Origin: Alphaproteobacteria bacterium
GTDB taxonomy: Bacteria > Pseudomonadota > Alphaproteobacteria > SP197
Direction: 5' to 3'
Length of the DNA stretch: 64,000 nt
Assembly (NCBI GenBank): GCA_965228895.1
Contig: OZ245842.1
Location: 128,001 to 192,000, forward strand
The position numbers and the translations under genes are program-made. The notes under the pieces were generated by a model, which saw only the letters and a program-made list of their open reading frames with translations, was not told the DNA's origin and made no database searches. Of the stretch, positions 22,185 to 31,910 are shown piece after piece (within the stretch, counting starts at the first letter, position 1; every line of letters starts with the position of its first letter).

Positions 22185-23321
22185 TCATCGCCGCACCAGG
22201 GTGGCCGTAATGACGAGGGTGCCGGCGGCGATGAACGAGGCGATCTCATAGCTGCCAGTGCTGCTGTGCAGCAGGCCGGCGAACCACGGCCCGATCACCT
22301 GCCCCAGACCGAAACTGGCGGTCATGATCGCCAGCGTCTGCCGTGACGCATGGGGCGCCAGCTTGTGGGCCTCGATCAGGCCCAGCGCCGTGATCCCCAT
22401 GAAGGTAAGGCCGAACAGCGCCGAGGCGACCAGGATCATCGCGGGCGTATCGGCGACGACAGTCAAGACAACCGCGCATGCCTCGATGATGCAGGCGGTG
22501 CAGAGCGCGTTCGCACCGCCGATCCGGTTGGCCGTGCGTACCCAGAGGTAGACGGATGGCGCGGCTGCCAGACCGGCGATCAGCCAGACATAGGGTTCGG
22601 CCGGATTGAGCGCCGGGTTGTCGCGGGTGATAACCGAAACGAAGGTGGCGGTGATGACGTAGCCAAAACCGAACAGGCCGTAGCCGACGATCAGGCGAAC
22701 CAGCCGCGCGCTGATGCGCCCGGGCGGTGCGATCTGTGATGTGACCGCCGGCCGCCCCTTGCCCTCGTCTGGAATCAGGAACGCCGCGATCACCAGGCAC
22801 AACAGGGTCAAGAGGCCGCTGACGATCCACAGCGCGCGCCAGCCCATGCCGTTCGCGGCAAGCACCGCCACGGCAATCGACGAGATCGCGATGCCGCATC
22901 CCACACCGGCGAAGTGGATACTTGAGAGGCCGGGACGACCCGCCTCGTTGAGCCGTTCCAGGATCAGGGCCGAGGAAAATACCAGAACGAAGGCGCTGGC
23001 GACGCCGCCGACAAAACGCAGCGCCAAGAAGCCATCGATCAGGATCGTCATGCCCATGGCTGCCGTCGTCAGGGCGCTCAGCAGCAGGGCACCGAGGAAC
23101 CACAAACGCCGGCTGCCGGGCAGAAAGCCCATTGACGCCGCCAGCGCGCCGACCAGATAGCCCAGGAAGTTGGCCGAGGCGATCAGGCCGGCATTGCCGG
23201 AACTGAGTGACATCTCCTCGACCATGAACGGCAGGATCGGCGTATAGACAAACCGCCCGATGCCCATGGCCGCCGCCAGCGCAAGCAGGCCGCCGAGGGC
23301 GATGAGAACGGGATTTCGCAT
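22185..23321 (-). CDS. YbfB/YjiJ-like MFS transporter
   Basis: AAAMGIGRFVYTPILP, ASANFLGYLVG, MTASFGLGQVIGP. Confidence 0.9.
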   Translation of the reverse strand: MRNPVLIALGGLLALAAAMGIGRFVYTPILPFMVEEMSLSSGNAGLIASANFLGYLVGALAASMGFLPGSRRLWFLGALLLSALTTAAMGMTILIDGFLALRFVGGVASAFVLVFSSALILERLNEAGRPGLSSIHFAGVGCGIAISSIAVAVLAANGMGWRALWIVSGLLTLLCLVIAAFLIPDEGKGRPAVTSQIAPPGRISARLVRLIVGYGLFGFGYVITATFVSVITRDNPALNPAEPYVWLIAGLAAAPSVYLWVRTANRIGGANALCTACIIEACAVVLTVVADTPAMILVASALFGLTFMGITALGLIEAHKLAPHASRQTLAIMTASFGLGQVIGPWFAGLLHSSTGSYEIASFIAAGTLVITATLVRR

Positions 23322-23378
23322 GGCACCGCCTCCCAGGGCGTGCTGCGTTGGGGTGGCGACCGTTACAGGGCGTCAGGC

Positions 23379-23412
23379 AAAAAACAAGGCGCCCGCCGGG
23401 TGGCGGGCGCCT
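23379..23412 (-). terminator. Rho-independent terminator of the atp F0 operon
   Basis: aggcgcccgcc/ggcgggcgcct 11-bp stem followed on the minus strand by TGTTTTTT. Confidence 0.85.
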
Positions 23413-23448
23413 CGAAGGTGAACGGTTGCCCCCGCTCGATAACGGTGT

Positions 23449-23931
23449 CTAGTGCAGGCGGTCCTCGACGTCGCCGATGGCGCTGTCGATCAGTTCGGCC
23501 TGTTTGCCTTCGTCGATCTTGTCGGTCAGCAGCTTGCGGGTCGCCTTCAGCGCCAGATCGGTGGCCGCGGCGCGGACGTGACGGACCGCGTCGTGCTCGG
23601 CCTGGGCGATACGCTCCATGGCGAGCTGACGCCGGCGCTCGAGCGCCGCTTCCAGGGCCTCCGCAGCATGCTTGGCATGGCGTTCGGCCTCTGCCTCGGC
23701 ATGCTCGATCAGCGCGGTGGCTTCTTTCTCGGCTTCGCGCTGTTTGCGTTCGTAGGAGGCCAAGAGATCCTGGGCCTCCTCGCGCAAGCGCCGTGCCTCG
23801 TCAAGCTCGCTGCGAATGCGGTCGCTGCGGCCGTCTAGGCCACCGAAGATCAGCTTGGTGAGCGGCCGCCACAGAATGCCGATCGCAACAAAGAACGCCA
23901 GCGCGACCCAGAAGGTTTCGTCGAACACCAT
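23449..23931 (-). CDS. atpF: ATP synthase F0 subunit b
   Basis: ETFWVALAFF N-terminal TM followed by coiled coil; operon context. Confidence 0.95.
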   Translation of the reverse strand: MVFDETFWVALAFFVAIGILWRPLTKLIFGGLDGRSDRIRSELDEARRLREEAQDLLASYERKQREAEKEATALIEHAEAEAERHAKHAAEALEAALERRRQLAMERIAQAEHDAVRHVRAAATDLALKATRKLLTDKIDEGKQAELIDSAIGDVEDRLH

Positions 23932-23934
23932 GGA

Positions 23935-24420
23935 CTAGCCTCCTCGCGCCGCGTTGATGGCGCGGGCGACTTCCTCGTCGGATGCATCGATGCCGATCAG
24001 CTTGCGTGTCGCGTCGCGGGCCGCGTCGGCAGCAATGTCGCGCAGGTTCGCCATGGCATCCTCCTGGGCCTGGGCAACGGTCGCCGCCGCTGCCGAGGCT
24101 TCCTTGGAGAGATGCTCGTCCAGCTCCGCGTGACGTTTGGCTGCTTCGGCACTGGCCGCCTCGCTCGCCTTGCCGACGATCGCATGGGCGTTATCCCGGG
24201 CGCTCTGCATGGACGCGTCATAGGCCGTCAGGGCCTCTTCGGCATCGACCCTGGCCTTGTCGGCCGCCTCCAGATCGCTTTCGACCTTTTCCTTGCGCGC
24301 CGCCAGCACGGCACCGATGCGCGGCAACGCGACTCGCGACATCACGATGTAGAGCACGATGAACGTGATCGCGAGCCACACCAGTTGGGGCAGGAAATGT
24401 TCGAAGTCTAATTGCGGCAT
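23935..24420 (-). CDS. atpF2: ATP synthase F0 subunit b'
   Basis: MPQLDF, QLVWLAITF, ALPRI. Confidence 0.95.
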   Translation of the reverse strand: MPQLDFEHFLPQLVWLAITFIVLYIVMSRVALPRIGAVLAARKEKVESDLEAADKARVDAEEALTAYDASMQSARDNAHAIVGKASEAASAEAAKRHAELDEHLSKEASAAAATVAQAQEDAMANLRDIAADAARDATRKLIGIDASDEEVARAINAARGG

Positions 24421-24442
24421 GAGCCCTCGTCCTATTCGTGAG

Positions 24443-24477
24443 TGCCGGTCTGCTCGCTTTTCGAGAACAGACCGGCA
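24443..24477. other. Intergenic stem-loop between atpE and subunit b' gene
   Basis: tgccggtctg...cagaccggca 10-bp perfect stem with inner ctcg/cgag pairing. Confidence 0.7.
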
Positions 24478-24483
24478 GGCAAC

Positions 24484-24711
24484 CTAGAATACGAACAGAA
24501 TGAGAAGCGCGATCAGCAGCGCGTAGAGCGCCACGGCTTCAACCAGCGCGAAGCCGATCCACATGAAGCCCTGAACGTTAGGCGCAGCGGCCGGATTGCG
24601 GCCGACCGACGAAATCATCGACGAGAAGATGTTGCCGATACCGACACCAACTCCGCCCAGACCGATAACGGCCAGGCCTGCGCCAATCAGCTTTGCGGCT
24701 TCGACTTCCAT
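24484..24711 (-). CDS. atpE: ATP synthase F0 subunit c
   Basis: GAGLA, GVGVGIG, RNP, ALVEA (proton-carrying Glu). Confidence 0.98.
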   Translation of the reverse strand: MEVEAAKLIGAGLAVIGLGGVGVGIGNIFSSMISSVGRNPAAAPNVQGFMWIGFALVEAVALYALLIALLILFVF

Positions 24712-24768
24712 GGTGAGGTCCTTTCCTATTCCTAGAAGCGGTTGTGACGGGGGCTCGCGGCCACCCGG

Positions 24769-25530
24769 TTAATGCATATGAATCGCGTCGTGCAGGTAAA
24801 TGCAGCTCAAGACCGCAAAGACATAGGCCTGCAGGAACGCGATGGCGAACTCGAGAACGGTCAGTCCGACGACGACCGAGAACGGGATGACGCCGGGCAC
24901 GACATAAAAGGCGCCCAGCGACAGGATGAAGCCGGCAAACACCTTCAGCATGGTGTGGCCCGCCGTCAGGTTGGCGAACAGGCGCAAACCCAGGCTGACC
25001 GGCCGGATCAGATAGGACAGAACCTCGATCGGGATGACCAACGGCGCCAGAAAACCCGGCACGCCTGTCGGCAGGAAGAACCCGAAGAAACCAAAACCAT
25101 GTTTGACGAAACCGATGATGGTCACGCCGATAAAGACGACCAGCGCCAAGCCGAAGGTGACGATGATCTGGCTGGTGACGGTGAAGCTGTACGGCAGCAT
25201 GCCCAGCATGTTGCAGAACAGGATGAACATGAAGAGTGTGAAAACAAACGGAAAATAGGGTTTGCCTTCGTTGCCCACATTGTCGCGGACCATGTTCCCG
25301 ACAAACTCGTAGGCGACCTCGGCCAGCGATTGCCATCGCCCAGGCACCAGTTCGCGCCGGCGTATGGTGAGCGTCGTGAACAGGATGATCAGCACGACCG
25401 CGGCCACCATATAGGCCGCCGAATTCGTGAAGGATACCGTCACATCGCCGATGTGGATGGGTACCCAGTGCTCAACCTGGAACTGGTGAAGCGGATCCGT
25501 TCCGCCTTCGCCATGTGCGTCCGTCGCCAA
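24769..25530 (-). CDS. atpB: ATP synthase F0 subunit a
   Basis: DPLHQF, VPGRWQ, RPVSLGLRLFANLTAGH, LQAYVF; TTG start. Confidence 0.98.
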   Translation of the reverse strand: MATDAHGEGGTDPLHQFQVEHWVPIHIGDVTVSFTNSAAYMVAAVVLIILFTTLTIRRRELVPGRWQSLAEVAYEFVGNMVRDNVGNEGKPYFPFVFTLFMFILFCNMLGMLPYSFTVTSQIIVTFGLALVVFIGVTIIGFVKHGFGFFGFFLPTGVPGFLAPLVIPIEVLSYLIRPVSLGLRLFANLTAGHTMLKVFAGFILSLGAFYVVPGVIPFSVVVGLTVLEFAIAFLQAYVFAVLSCIYLHDAIHMH

Positions 25531-25542
25531 ATCGACCCCCGT

Positions 25543-25905
25543 TTACGCGGTGTTGTCGTTTCCCTCGTCCTGCTTCTTCTTATTCAGAAGATCGCCGTGG
25601 GTAAAGCCGCTGACCGCGCGGTACACATTCATAACGCCTGCCGCCATACCCATGACAAGCAGGATAATCATAAACAACGGCGCGACGCCCAAGAGACTGT
25701 CGAGCCACAGACCCAGGCCGACCGACACCGCAATTGCCGCGACCATCTCCATCGCCAGCCGAATGGCCATCCCGTAGCTCTTGCTGGCTGCCCGCTTCTG
25801 AGGATTGGGCCGTTCTGCCGCTTCGCCACGCTCCCGAGCTTCGTCGATGCGCTTTTGCAGCCGGGAAAGATCGGCCGGCCGTTTTGGATCACGCATGGGG
25901 ATCAC
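25543..25905 (-). CDS. atpI: AtpI/AtpZ ATP synthase assembly protein
   Basis: Two TM helices, GLWLD...P motif; first gene of the F0 operon; start 25905 or 25896. Confidence 0.9.
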   Translation of the reverse strand: MIPMRDPKRPADLSRLQKRIDEARERGEAAERPNPQKRAASKSYGMAIRLAMEMVAAIAVSVGLGLWLDSLLGVAPLFMIILLVMGMAAGVMNVYRAVSGFTHGDLLNKKKQDEGNDNTA

Positions 25906-25970
25906 CGAAGGCCACGTCCGCCTCTCACCACCGCTTCTGGCAACGCCGAATCGGGCGATAAAGCGGCGGC

Positions 25971-25999
25971 ACCATACGGAGCGGTCCGAACCCTGTCAA
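25971..25999 (-). promoter_or_regulatory. Sigma70 promoter of the atp F0 operon
   Basis: Minus strand TTGACA-17 bp-TATGGT, with an AT-rich UP-like tract at ~26010-26050. Confidence 0.8.
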
Positions 26000-26058
26000 G
26001 GACGGCTCGGACCTCAAGAAAAATAGAAAAAACTATTAAATATCAATCAGTTGTGTAG

Positions 26059-29000
26059 TCAGCCTGTCGCCCGCAAGGCTTCGGCGGCGCTCAGGTCGAC
26101 CGACACCAACTGCGACACGCCGGGTTCGCTCATGGTGACGCCGAACAGACGGTCCATGCGCGCCATGGTCAGGCGGTGATGGGTGATGATCAAGAAGCGC
26201 GTCGTGCCCTCCGACGCGAACTCCTTCAAGAGGTCGCAGAAGCGGTCGACATTGGCATCGTCAAGCGGTGCGTCGACCTCGTCCAGCACACAGACCGGCG
26301 ACGGATTGGTCTGAAACAGGGCGAAGATCAGGGCCAGCGCGGTCAGCGCCTGCTCACCGCCGGATAGAAGCGAAAGGATCTGAAGCTTTTTGCCCGACGG
26401 GCTTGCTTCGATCTCCAGACCGGCTTCCAGCGGATCGTCGGAGTCGACCAGGGAGAGCCGGGCGTGACCGCCGAACAGACGTTTGTGCAGGGTCTGGAAG
26501 TGGCCGTCGATTTCGTTGAAGGCGGTAACCAGTCGCTCTCGGCCCTCGCGATTCAGCTCCTGGATGCCGCGCCTCAGCCGCGCGATGGCTTCTTCCAGGT
26601 CGTCTTTTTCGGACAGCATGACGCCGAGCTGCTCTTCGACTTCAGCAGCCTCGATCTCGGCGCGCAGGTTGACCGGACCCATGTTGTCGCGTTCGCGCAC
26701 GACCTTGGCGAAGCGCTGCTCCAGATCGTCGGCGTCCGGCAGGGTGTCGCGGTCCTTGATGGTTTCGCCGAGCGGTTCGGGCGCTGTTTCCAAACGTTCC
26801 TGGATTTGCCGGCGAATGTCGGATTCGGCCTGCTGGCCTTGCTGCACGGCGCCTTCGCGCCGGGCACGTTCTTCACGCGTATCGGCCAGACCGGCTTCGG
26901 TCTCGCGAAGCGCCTTGTCGGCTTCGCCTAACTGGTTCTCGCCCGCCGCACGCGCGTCGGCTGCCTGGCGGCGCACGTTTTCAGCCGTTTCCAGGCGTTC
27001 GACGAGGCCCTTGCGCTGCACGGCGAACTGCTCGGGGCGCGCCTCCAGGTCCTTTTTCTCGGTGGCCGCGCGATCACGGCGGGTCGCGAGATCGGCGATG
27101 CGCCGTTCGGCGCCATCGGCGCGGTCCGACCATGACGTGTGATCGGCGGCAATGGTGGAAAGTCGTGTCTCGCGGAATGTCGCGTCGCGGCGCAGGCGGT
27201 CGTGTTCTTCCTGGTACTCGGCGAGAACGCCGCGCTCGCGCTCCAGATCGTCGCTGAGCTGCTCCAGCTCCTCGCCGTCGTCTTCGACGGGGATCCCGGC
27301 CAGGGTGCTCTTGGCCGTCTCCAGGCCTTCGGCGACCTCGGCGCTGTCGTGGGCAATCCGCTCCGCGGTCTTGGCCAAGTCGGCGCGCCTGGCCTCGGCG
27401 GCCTGGCGCTGTCCTTCGACGTCGCGCCGCGCATCGCGGGCGCCTGCAAAGTCGTCGCCGCGGGCCGACACGGTCTGACGCGCTGCCTCCTCGCTCGCGG
27501 CGGCTTCGGATGCCTTGTTCGATGTATCCTCGTGGCGTGTCGCGCAGGCTTCGGCATTGGCTGCCGCCTGGGTGATCTCCCCGGCCAGGGCGTCCAACCG
27601 GTTGCGCTGCTCCAAGCGCGCCGAAGCCGACGATGCGGCACCGGCGGCGTGATAGCCATCCCACCGCCACAGGGCACCGTCGCGGGTAACCAGACGCTGA
27701 CCGGGTTTGAGGTCACCTGCCAGGGCCGCGCCACGGCCCGCGTCGATAACGCCGATCTGGTCCAATCGCCGCCGCAGTTCTGGCGGCCCCTCGACATGGC
27801 GCGACAGGGGCTCTGCGCCGCCGGGCAGCGCCGCCGGTGACGGGTAGGGATCAAGCCTGAGCCAGCCGATGGCACCGTCGGCGCCCGCCGGTACGTCCAG
27901 GTCGTCACCCAGGGCCGCCGCAAGCGCCGTCTCATAGCCGTGGGCGACACGCACCCGATCGACGATCGGATCGGGGGTGTCCGGGCGGCCGGCCAAGAGC
28001 GCGCTCAGTGCGTCGCGCTCCGCCTCAAGACGGGTCAACGCAGACTGTGCCTGCTGCAAGGCGTTGCGGGCCTCGTCTTCGTTGCGGCGCGCCTCGGCGC
28101 GGGCCTGTTCGGCCGTTTCCAGCGACGTACGCGCTTCGGTCAACTGCCGTTCCGCATCCGATTCCTCGCGGCGCAGCCGGTCGAGCGAATCGGTACCGTC
28201 GAGACCCAGGTTCAACTGATCGCGTTCGGTATCCACACCACTGGCCTGGCGCGTCAAACGTTCCAGTCGCTGGGTCAGGTCGGCGACCTGCCGTTCCGCG
28301 GCCTGTCGGCGCGCCTGGCGCGACGCCCGCTCGCCGGTCAGCGTCGTTACCTGTTGCTCGAGCGCACGGACCTTGCCGCGCGCGTCCTCGACCTCGGCGG
28401 CGGCCTCGGCCAATCGCTCGGCTTCGCCCTCGCGGGCGGTTTCCAGCTCGGTCTTCTCTGCTTCCAGGCGGGCCAATGCTTGGCGCGCATCCTCGGCCAG
28501 GGCCCGTTCGCGCTCGAGGTCATGGACCAACTGGGCCAGACGTTCCTCGATTTCGCGCTGTTGCTCGTTCAAGCGGCGTTCTTCGGCGTCAAGCGCGACG
28601 CGGGCGACTTCCAGTTCGTGCAGCGCTGCGCCGGCCTCGTTTTCGGCCTCGCGCAAGGCCGGCATACGTTCGGCGGCCGCCTCGCGTGCCGTGGTCGCGG
28701 CGGCGGTCCGGCCGGTCATCTCGGCGACGGCGGCTTCGGCCTGCTCCAGCTCGACCTGGGCGGCGGCGACAAAATCCTGGGTATCGCGCCAACGCTTGTA
28801 GAGCCAGCGACCTTCGGCTTCCTTGATGCGATCGCTCAGGCGCCGGTAGCGCGCGGCCTGTCGCGCCTGGCGCTGCAGGTTGGCGAGCTGGGTTTCCAGC
28901 CCCTGAATGACGTCGGCCAGCCGCTCCATGTTGGTTTCCGCCGCACGCAGCCGAAGCTCGGCCTCGTGGCGGCGCGACTGCAGACCGGAAATGCCCGCGG

Positions 29001-29499
29001 CCTCTTCCAACAGATGCCGCCGGCCGGCCGGTTTGGCGCGGATGAGGTCACTGATCTGGCCTTGGCTGACCAGGGCGGAGCTGCGGTTGCCCGAGGCAAT
29101 GTCCGCGAACAGCAGTTGCACGTCGCGGGCGCGGACCTCGTTGCCGTTGACCCGGTAGGTCGATCCGGAACTGCGCTCGATACGGCGGGATACCTGGATG
29201 TCGGGATTGTCGTTGTAGGCCGCCGGAGCACCGCGGTCTGCGTTGTCCAGAGTCAGAACAACCTCAGCGACATTGCGTCCCGGCCGCATCTCGGTGCCGG
29301 CGAAAATGACGTCGTCCATCTCGCCGCCGCGCATCTTCTTGGGCGAGTTTTCGCCCATGACCCAGCGGAGCGCCTCCAGAAGATTCGACTTGCCGCAACC
29401 GTTGGGGCCGACAACACCGGTCAGCCCGCCGGTAATCACCAGTTCGGTCGGATCAACGAATGATTTGAAACCGCTGAGGCGAAGGCGCGAAAAATGCAC
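26059..29499 (-). CDS. smc: Chromosome segregation protein SMC
   Basis: GFKSF, Walker A GPNGCGKS, long coiled coils with hinge, LSGGE, LDEVDAPLD. Confidence 0.98.
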   Translation of the reverse strand: MHFSRLRLSGFKSFVDPTELVITGGLTGVVGPNGCGKSNLLEALRWVMGENSPKKMRGGEMDDVIFAGTEMRPGRNVAEVVLTLDNADRGAPAAYNDNPDIQVSRRIERSSGSTYRVNGNEVRARDVQLLFADIASGNRSSALVSQGQISDLIRAKPAGRRHLLEEAAGISGLQSRRHEAELRLRAAETNMERLADVIQGLETQLANLQRQARQAARYRRLSDRIKEAEGRWLYKRWRDTQDFVAAAQVELEQAEAAVAEMTGRTAAATTAREAAAERMPALREAENEAGAALHELEVARVALDAEERRLNEQQREIEERLAQLVHDLERERALAEDARQALARLEAEKTELETAREGEAERLAEAAAEVEDARGKVRALEQQVTTLTGERASRQARRQAAERQVADLTQRLERLTRQASGVDTERDQLNLGLDGTDSLDRLRREESDAERQLTEARTSLETAEQARAEARRNEDEARNALQQAQSALTRLEAERDALSALLAGRPDTPDPIVDRVRVAHGYETALAAALGDDLDVPAGADGAIGWLRLDPYPSPAALPGGAEPLSRHVEGPPELRRRLDQIGVIDAGRGAALAGDLKPGQRLVTRDGALWRWDGYHAAGAASSASARLEQRNRLDALAGEITQAAANAEACATRHEDTSNKASEAAASEEAARQTVSARGDDFAGARDARRDVEGQRQAAEARRADLAKTAERIAHDSAEVAEGLETAKSTLAGIPVEDDGEELEQLSDDLERERGVLAEYQEEHDRLRRDATFRETRLSTIAADHTSWSDRADGAERRIADLATRRDRAATEKKDLEARPEQFAVQRKGLVERLETAENVRRQAADARAAGENQLGEADKALRETEAGLADTREERARREGAVQQGQQAESDIRRQIQERLETAPEPLGETIKDRDTLPDADDLEQRFAKVVRERDNMGPVNLRAEIEAAEVEEQLGVMLSEKDDLEEAIARLRRGIQELNREGRERLVTAFNEIDGHFQTLHKRLFGGHARLSLVDSDDPLEAGLEIEASPSGKKLQILSLLSGGEQALTALALIFALFQTNPSPVCVLDEVDAPLDDANVDRFCDLLKEFASEGTTRFLIITHHRLTMARMDRLFGVTMSEPGVSQLVSVDLSAAEALRATG

Positions 29500-29536
29500 C
29501 CTAGGCCTCCCGGTTATGACATGACGAAATGATCAA

Positions 29537-30148
29537 TCAGCTCTCTGTCAGATAAGGCTCAAGGACAGTTTCAAACTCCTCGACCGACATGTGGCCTGGA
29601 TACTTGTCGCCGTTGATGATGAAGGTCGGCGTGGAGTTGATGTTGTAGGTCTGATCGCCCTCTAACCGAACGGCCAGGATGCCGTCAATCACCGATTGGT
29701 CTTGCAGGCATGAATCGACCATGGCCGGATCCAGCCCGCCCATGCGGACGAGTTTCTTGATCTCGGCAATCGAGTCCTGGGCGGTCGCCCAGGTCGCCTG
29801 GGTCTTGTACAGGACGTCGACGAAGGGGAAGAAACCATCATCGCCGATGCAACGCGCGATGGCCGAGGCAGTCAGCGCGACGCGGTCCAACGGAAACTCG
29901 CGAAACACCAGCTTCGCCTTGCCGGTATCCAGATAACGTTCCTTGATCGTCGGCAGGGTCTGGGTGTGGAAGGTGGCGCAATAGGGGCAGGTCATCGACG
30001 AATATTCGATGATCTCAACCGGGGCCTCGGGGTCGCCCAAGATCATGTCGGGCAGCGGCGCCACATCCTGGGCCCAAGCAAATTTGGCAGCCAGCGGGGT
30101 CACCGCGACAGCGGCCGCAGCGTGGATAACTTGTCGTCTTGTGATCAA
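29537..30148 (-). CDS. DsbA-family thiol-disulfide oxidoreductase (Tat-like signal)
   Basis: TRRQ twin-arginine, EYSSMTCPYC, FREFPLD, STPTF; TTG 30148 follows GAGGA. Confidence 0.92.
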   Translation of the reverse strand: MITRRQVIHAAAAVAVTPLAAKFAWAQDVAPLPDMILGDPEAPVEIIEYSSMTCPYCATFHTQTLPTIKERYLDTGKAKLVFREFPLDRVALTASAIARCIGDDGFFPFVDVLYKTQATWATAQDSIAEIKKLVRMGGLDPAMVDSCLQDQSVIDGILAVRLEGDQTYNINSTPTFIINGDKYPGHMSVEEFETVLEPYLTES

Positions 30149-30218
30149 CTTCCGATCCTCGTTTTCCGTCGAGGTGGCGGGAGGGTTTTCCAAGTATAAG
30201 GGACGCGACTCCACCACC

Positions 30219-30716
30219 TCAAGTCTTGCCCTGTGGATGGGTTTGTGAACCCAGTATGGCGCGACCCAAGCGGTCCAGCGCCTGTTTCATCTCATCGTCT
30301 TCAACCGACGCCAGGCGTCCTTCGAGAGCCTCAACCTCGGACGCGTCGAGGTTGCGCGGCCGGCGTGGCCGTGGCAAAGGCGCGGGCGGCGGCACATGGC
30401 CCTGCACCAGGCGCAGACGCTTGACCGCCTGGTGACCGAAATAGGTCGCGATACGGTCGAGTACCTGGGGTTCCAGGTGCTGCAGTTCCAAGGCGAAGGC
30501 CGGTGTCACCTTGACCGTCAAGGTGCCGTCGCGGGTCAATTTCTCCGGCAAAGTGGCATCGGCCAGGCGTTCGCCCACCACGCGCGGCCACTCGGTCAGC
30601 ACTTCGGCGTTGGCAAAGCCATGGCGCCGGTAAAGCTTGCCGGCCGCCGATGGCAGCAGCGCACCGGCCCGCATGGGCCGGTTCCGGCGTCTATCTTTTG
30701 GTCGGCTCTTCTTCAT
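30219..30716 (-). CDS. DUF721 (DciA-like) protein
   Basis: GF...LTEWPRVVG, ALELQH, RIATYFG, ALDRLG; usual position between mutY and dsbA. Confidence 0.88.
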   Translation of the reverse strand: MKKSRPKDRRRNRPMRAGALLPSAAGKLYRRHGFANAEVLTEWPRVVGERLADATLPEKLTRDGTLTVKVTPAFALELQHLEPQVLDRIATYFGHQAVKRLRLVQGHVPPPAPLPRPRRPRNLDASEVEALEGRLASVEDDEMKQALDRLGRAILGSQTHPQGKT

Positions 30717-30758
30717 GGTCTTGAGGCCAGCGTGATGACGTCGCAATGTGGCGAGGCC

Positions 30759-31811
30759 ATGGCATCTCCGTCAACGATTTCACCACAAACGCGCGATCTT
30801 TTGACCTGGTACGACCGCCACCGGCGGGTCCTACCGTGGCGCGCGGAACCGGGCGAAACAAACGATCCCTATGCGGTCTGGCTATCGGAGATCATGTTGC
30901 AACAGACCACCGTGGCGACCGTCGGGCCCTATTACCGGGCGTTTCTGGAGCGCTGGCCCGATGTCGCGGCACTGGCGATGGCGCCGCTCGATGACGTGCT
31001 CGCGATGTGGTCGGGGCTGGGCTATTACGCCCGCGCCCGCCGGCTGCACCAATGCGCCCGGCAGGTGGTCGAGGAGTACGCCGGGCGCTTCCCCGAGACC
31101 GAGGCCGAACTGCGCGACTTGCCGGGTATCGGCGCCTACACGGCGGCGGCCATCGCGGCCATTGCGTTCGGCGAGCGGGCCGTGGTGATCGACGGTAACG
31201 TGGAACGCGTGATCGCGCGGTTTTTTGCGGTCACCGACCCGTTGCCGCCGGCCAAGAAGACGATCCGCCGGCACGCCGATGGGTTAACGCCGCAAGAACG
31301 CGCCGGGGATTTCGCCCAGGCGATGATGGATCTGGGCGCCACCGTGTGCACACCACGCAATCCGGCCTGCGGCATCTGCCCCTGGCGCGATGCTTGCCGC
31401 GGGCGGCGCGAGGGTATTGCTGCCGACCTGCCGCGTTTCGTGCCCAAAAAACCACGGCCCCAGCGCCATGGCCTGGCGTTCTGGTTGGCGCGCGCCGACG
31501 GTGCGGTGCTGCTGCGCCGGCGGCCCGAAGAAGGCCTTCTGGGCGGCATGCTGGAGGTGCCGTCGACGCCATGGCGCGATGACGCCTGGTCGCTTGATGA
31601 AGCGCTTAGCCATGCGCCCGTGGCGGCCGATTGGCGGCTTCTGCCCGGCGTGGTGCGCCACGGGTTCACCCACTTTGCGCTCGATTTCCAGGTTGCCGCG
31701 GCTGAAGTCAGCGATGGCGACGGCGCTTGGTATCGGCCGGAGACCGATAAGGACCTGGCGCTGCCGACGATGACGCGCAAGATCATCCGCCACGCGCGAT
31801 CGCAGATCTAG
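30759..31811 (+). CDS. mutY: A/G-specific adenine glycosylase
   Basis: LPWR, WLSEIMLQQT, GLGYYARA, LPGIGAYTA, DGNVERV, 4Fe-4S Cys cluster; start 30759 or 30735. Confidence 0.97.
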   Translation: MASPSTISPQTRDLLTWYDRHRRVLPWRAEPGETNDPYAVWLSEIMLQQTTVATVGPYYRAFLERWPDVAALAMAPLDDVLAMWSGLGYYARARRLHQCARQVVEEYAGRFPETEAELRDLPGIGAYTAAAIAAIAFGERAVVIDGNVERVIARFFAVTDPLPPAKKTIRRHADGLTPQERAGDFAQAMMDLGATVCTPRNPACGICPWRDACRGRREGIAADLPRFVPKKPRPQRHGLAFWLARADGAVLLRRRPEEGLLGGMLEVPSTPWRDDAWSLDEALSHAPVAADWRLLPGVVRHGFTHFALDFQVAAAEVSDGDGAWYRPETDKDLALPTMTRKIIRHARSQI

Positions 31812-31815
31812 TCGG

Positions 31816-31888
31816 CGCCGGCCCACTCCCCCGCCCGGCCACCCATGGCAGCATCCTCGGGGTGGCCGGGCGGGGGAGTGGGCTGGTG
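31816..31888. repeat. Long GC-rich palindromic element between convergent mutY and rnhB
   Basis: 24-bp perfect inverted repeat gcccactcccccgcccggccaccc / gggtggccgggcgggggagtgggc, extended by G:U pairs. Confidence 0.9.
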
Positions 31889-31910
31889 ATGCCAACTGTT
31901 TGGAAAGAAT

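Noticed and set aside
26500-28900. Low-complexity repetitive tracts in smc
   Set aside because: Explained by coiled-coil Ala/Glu/Arg codon bias
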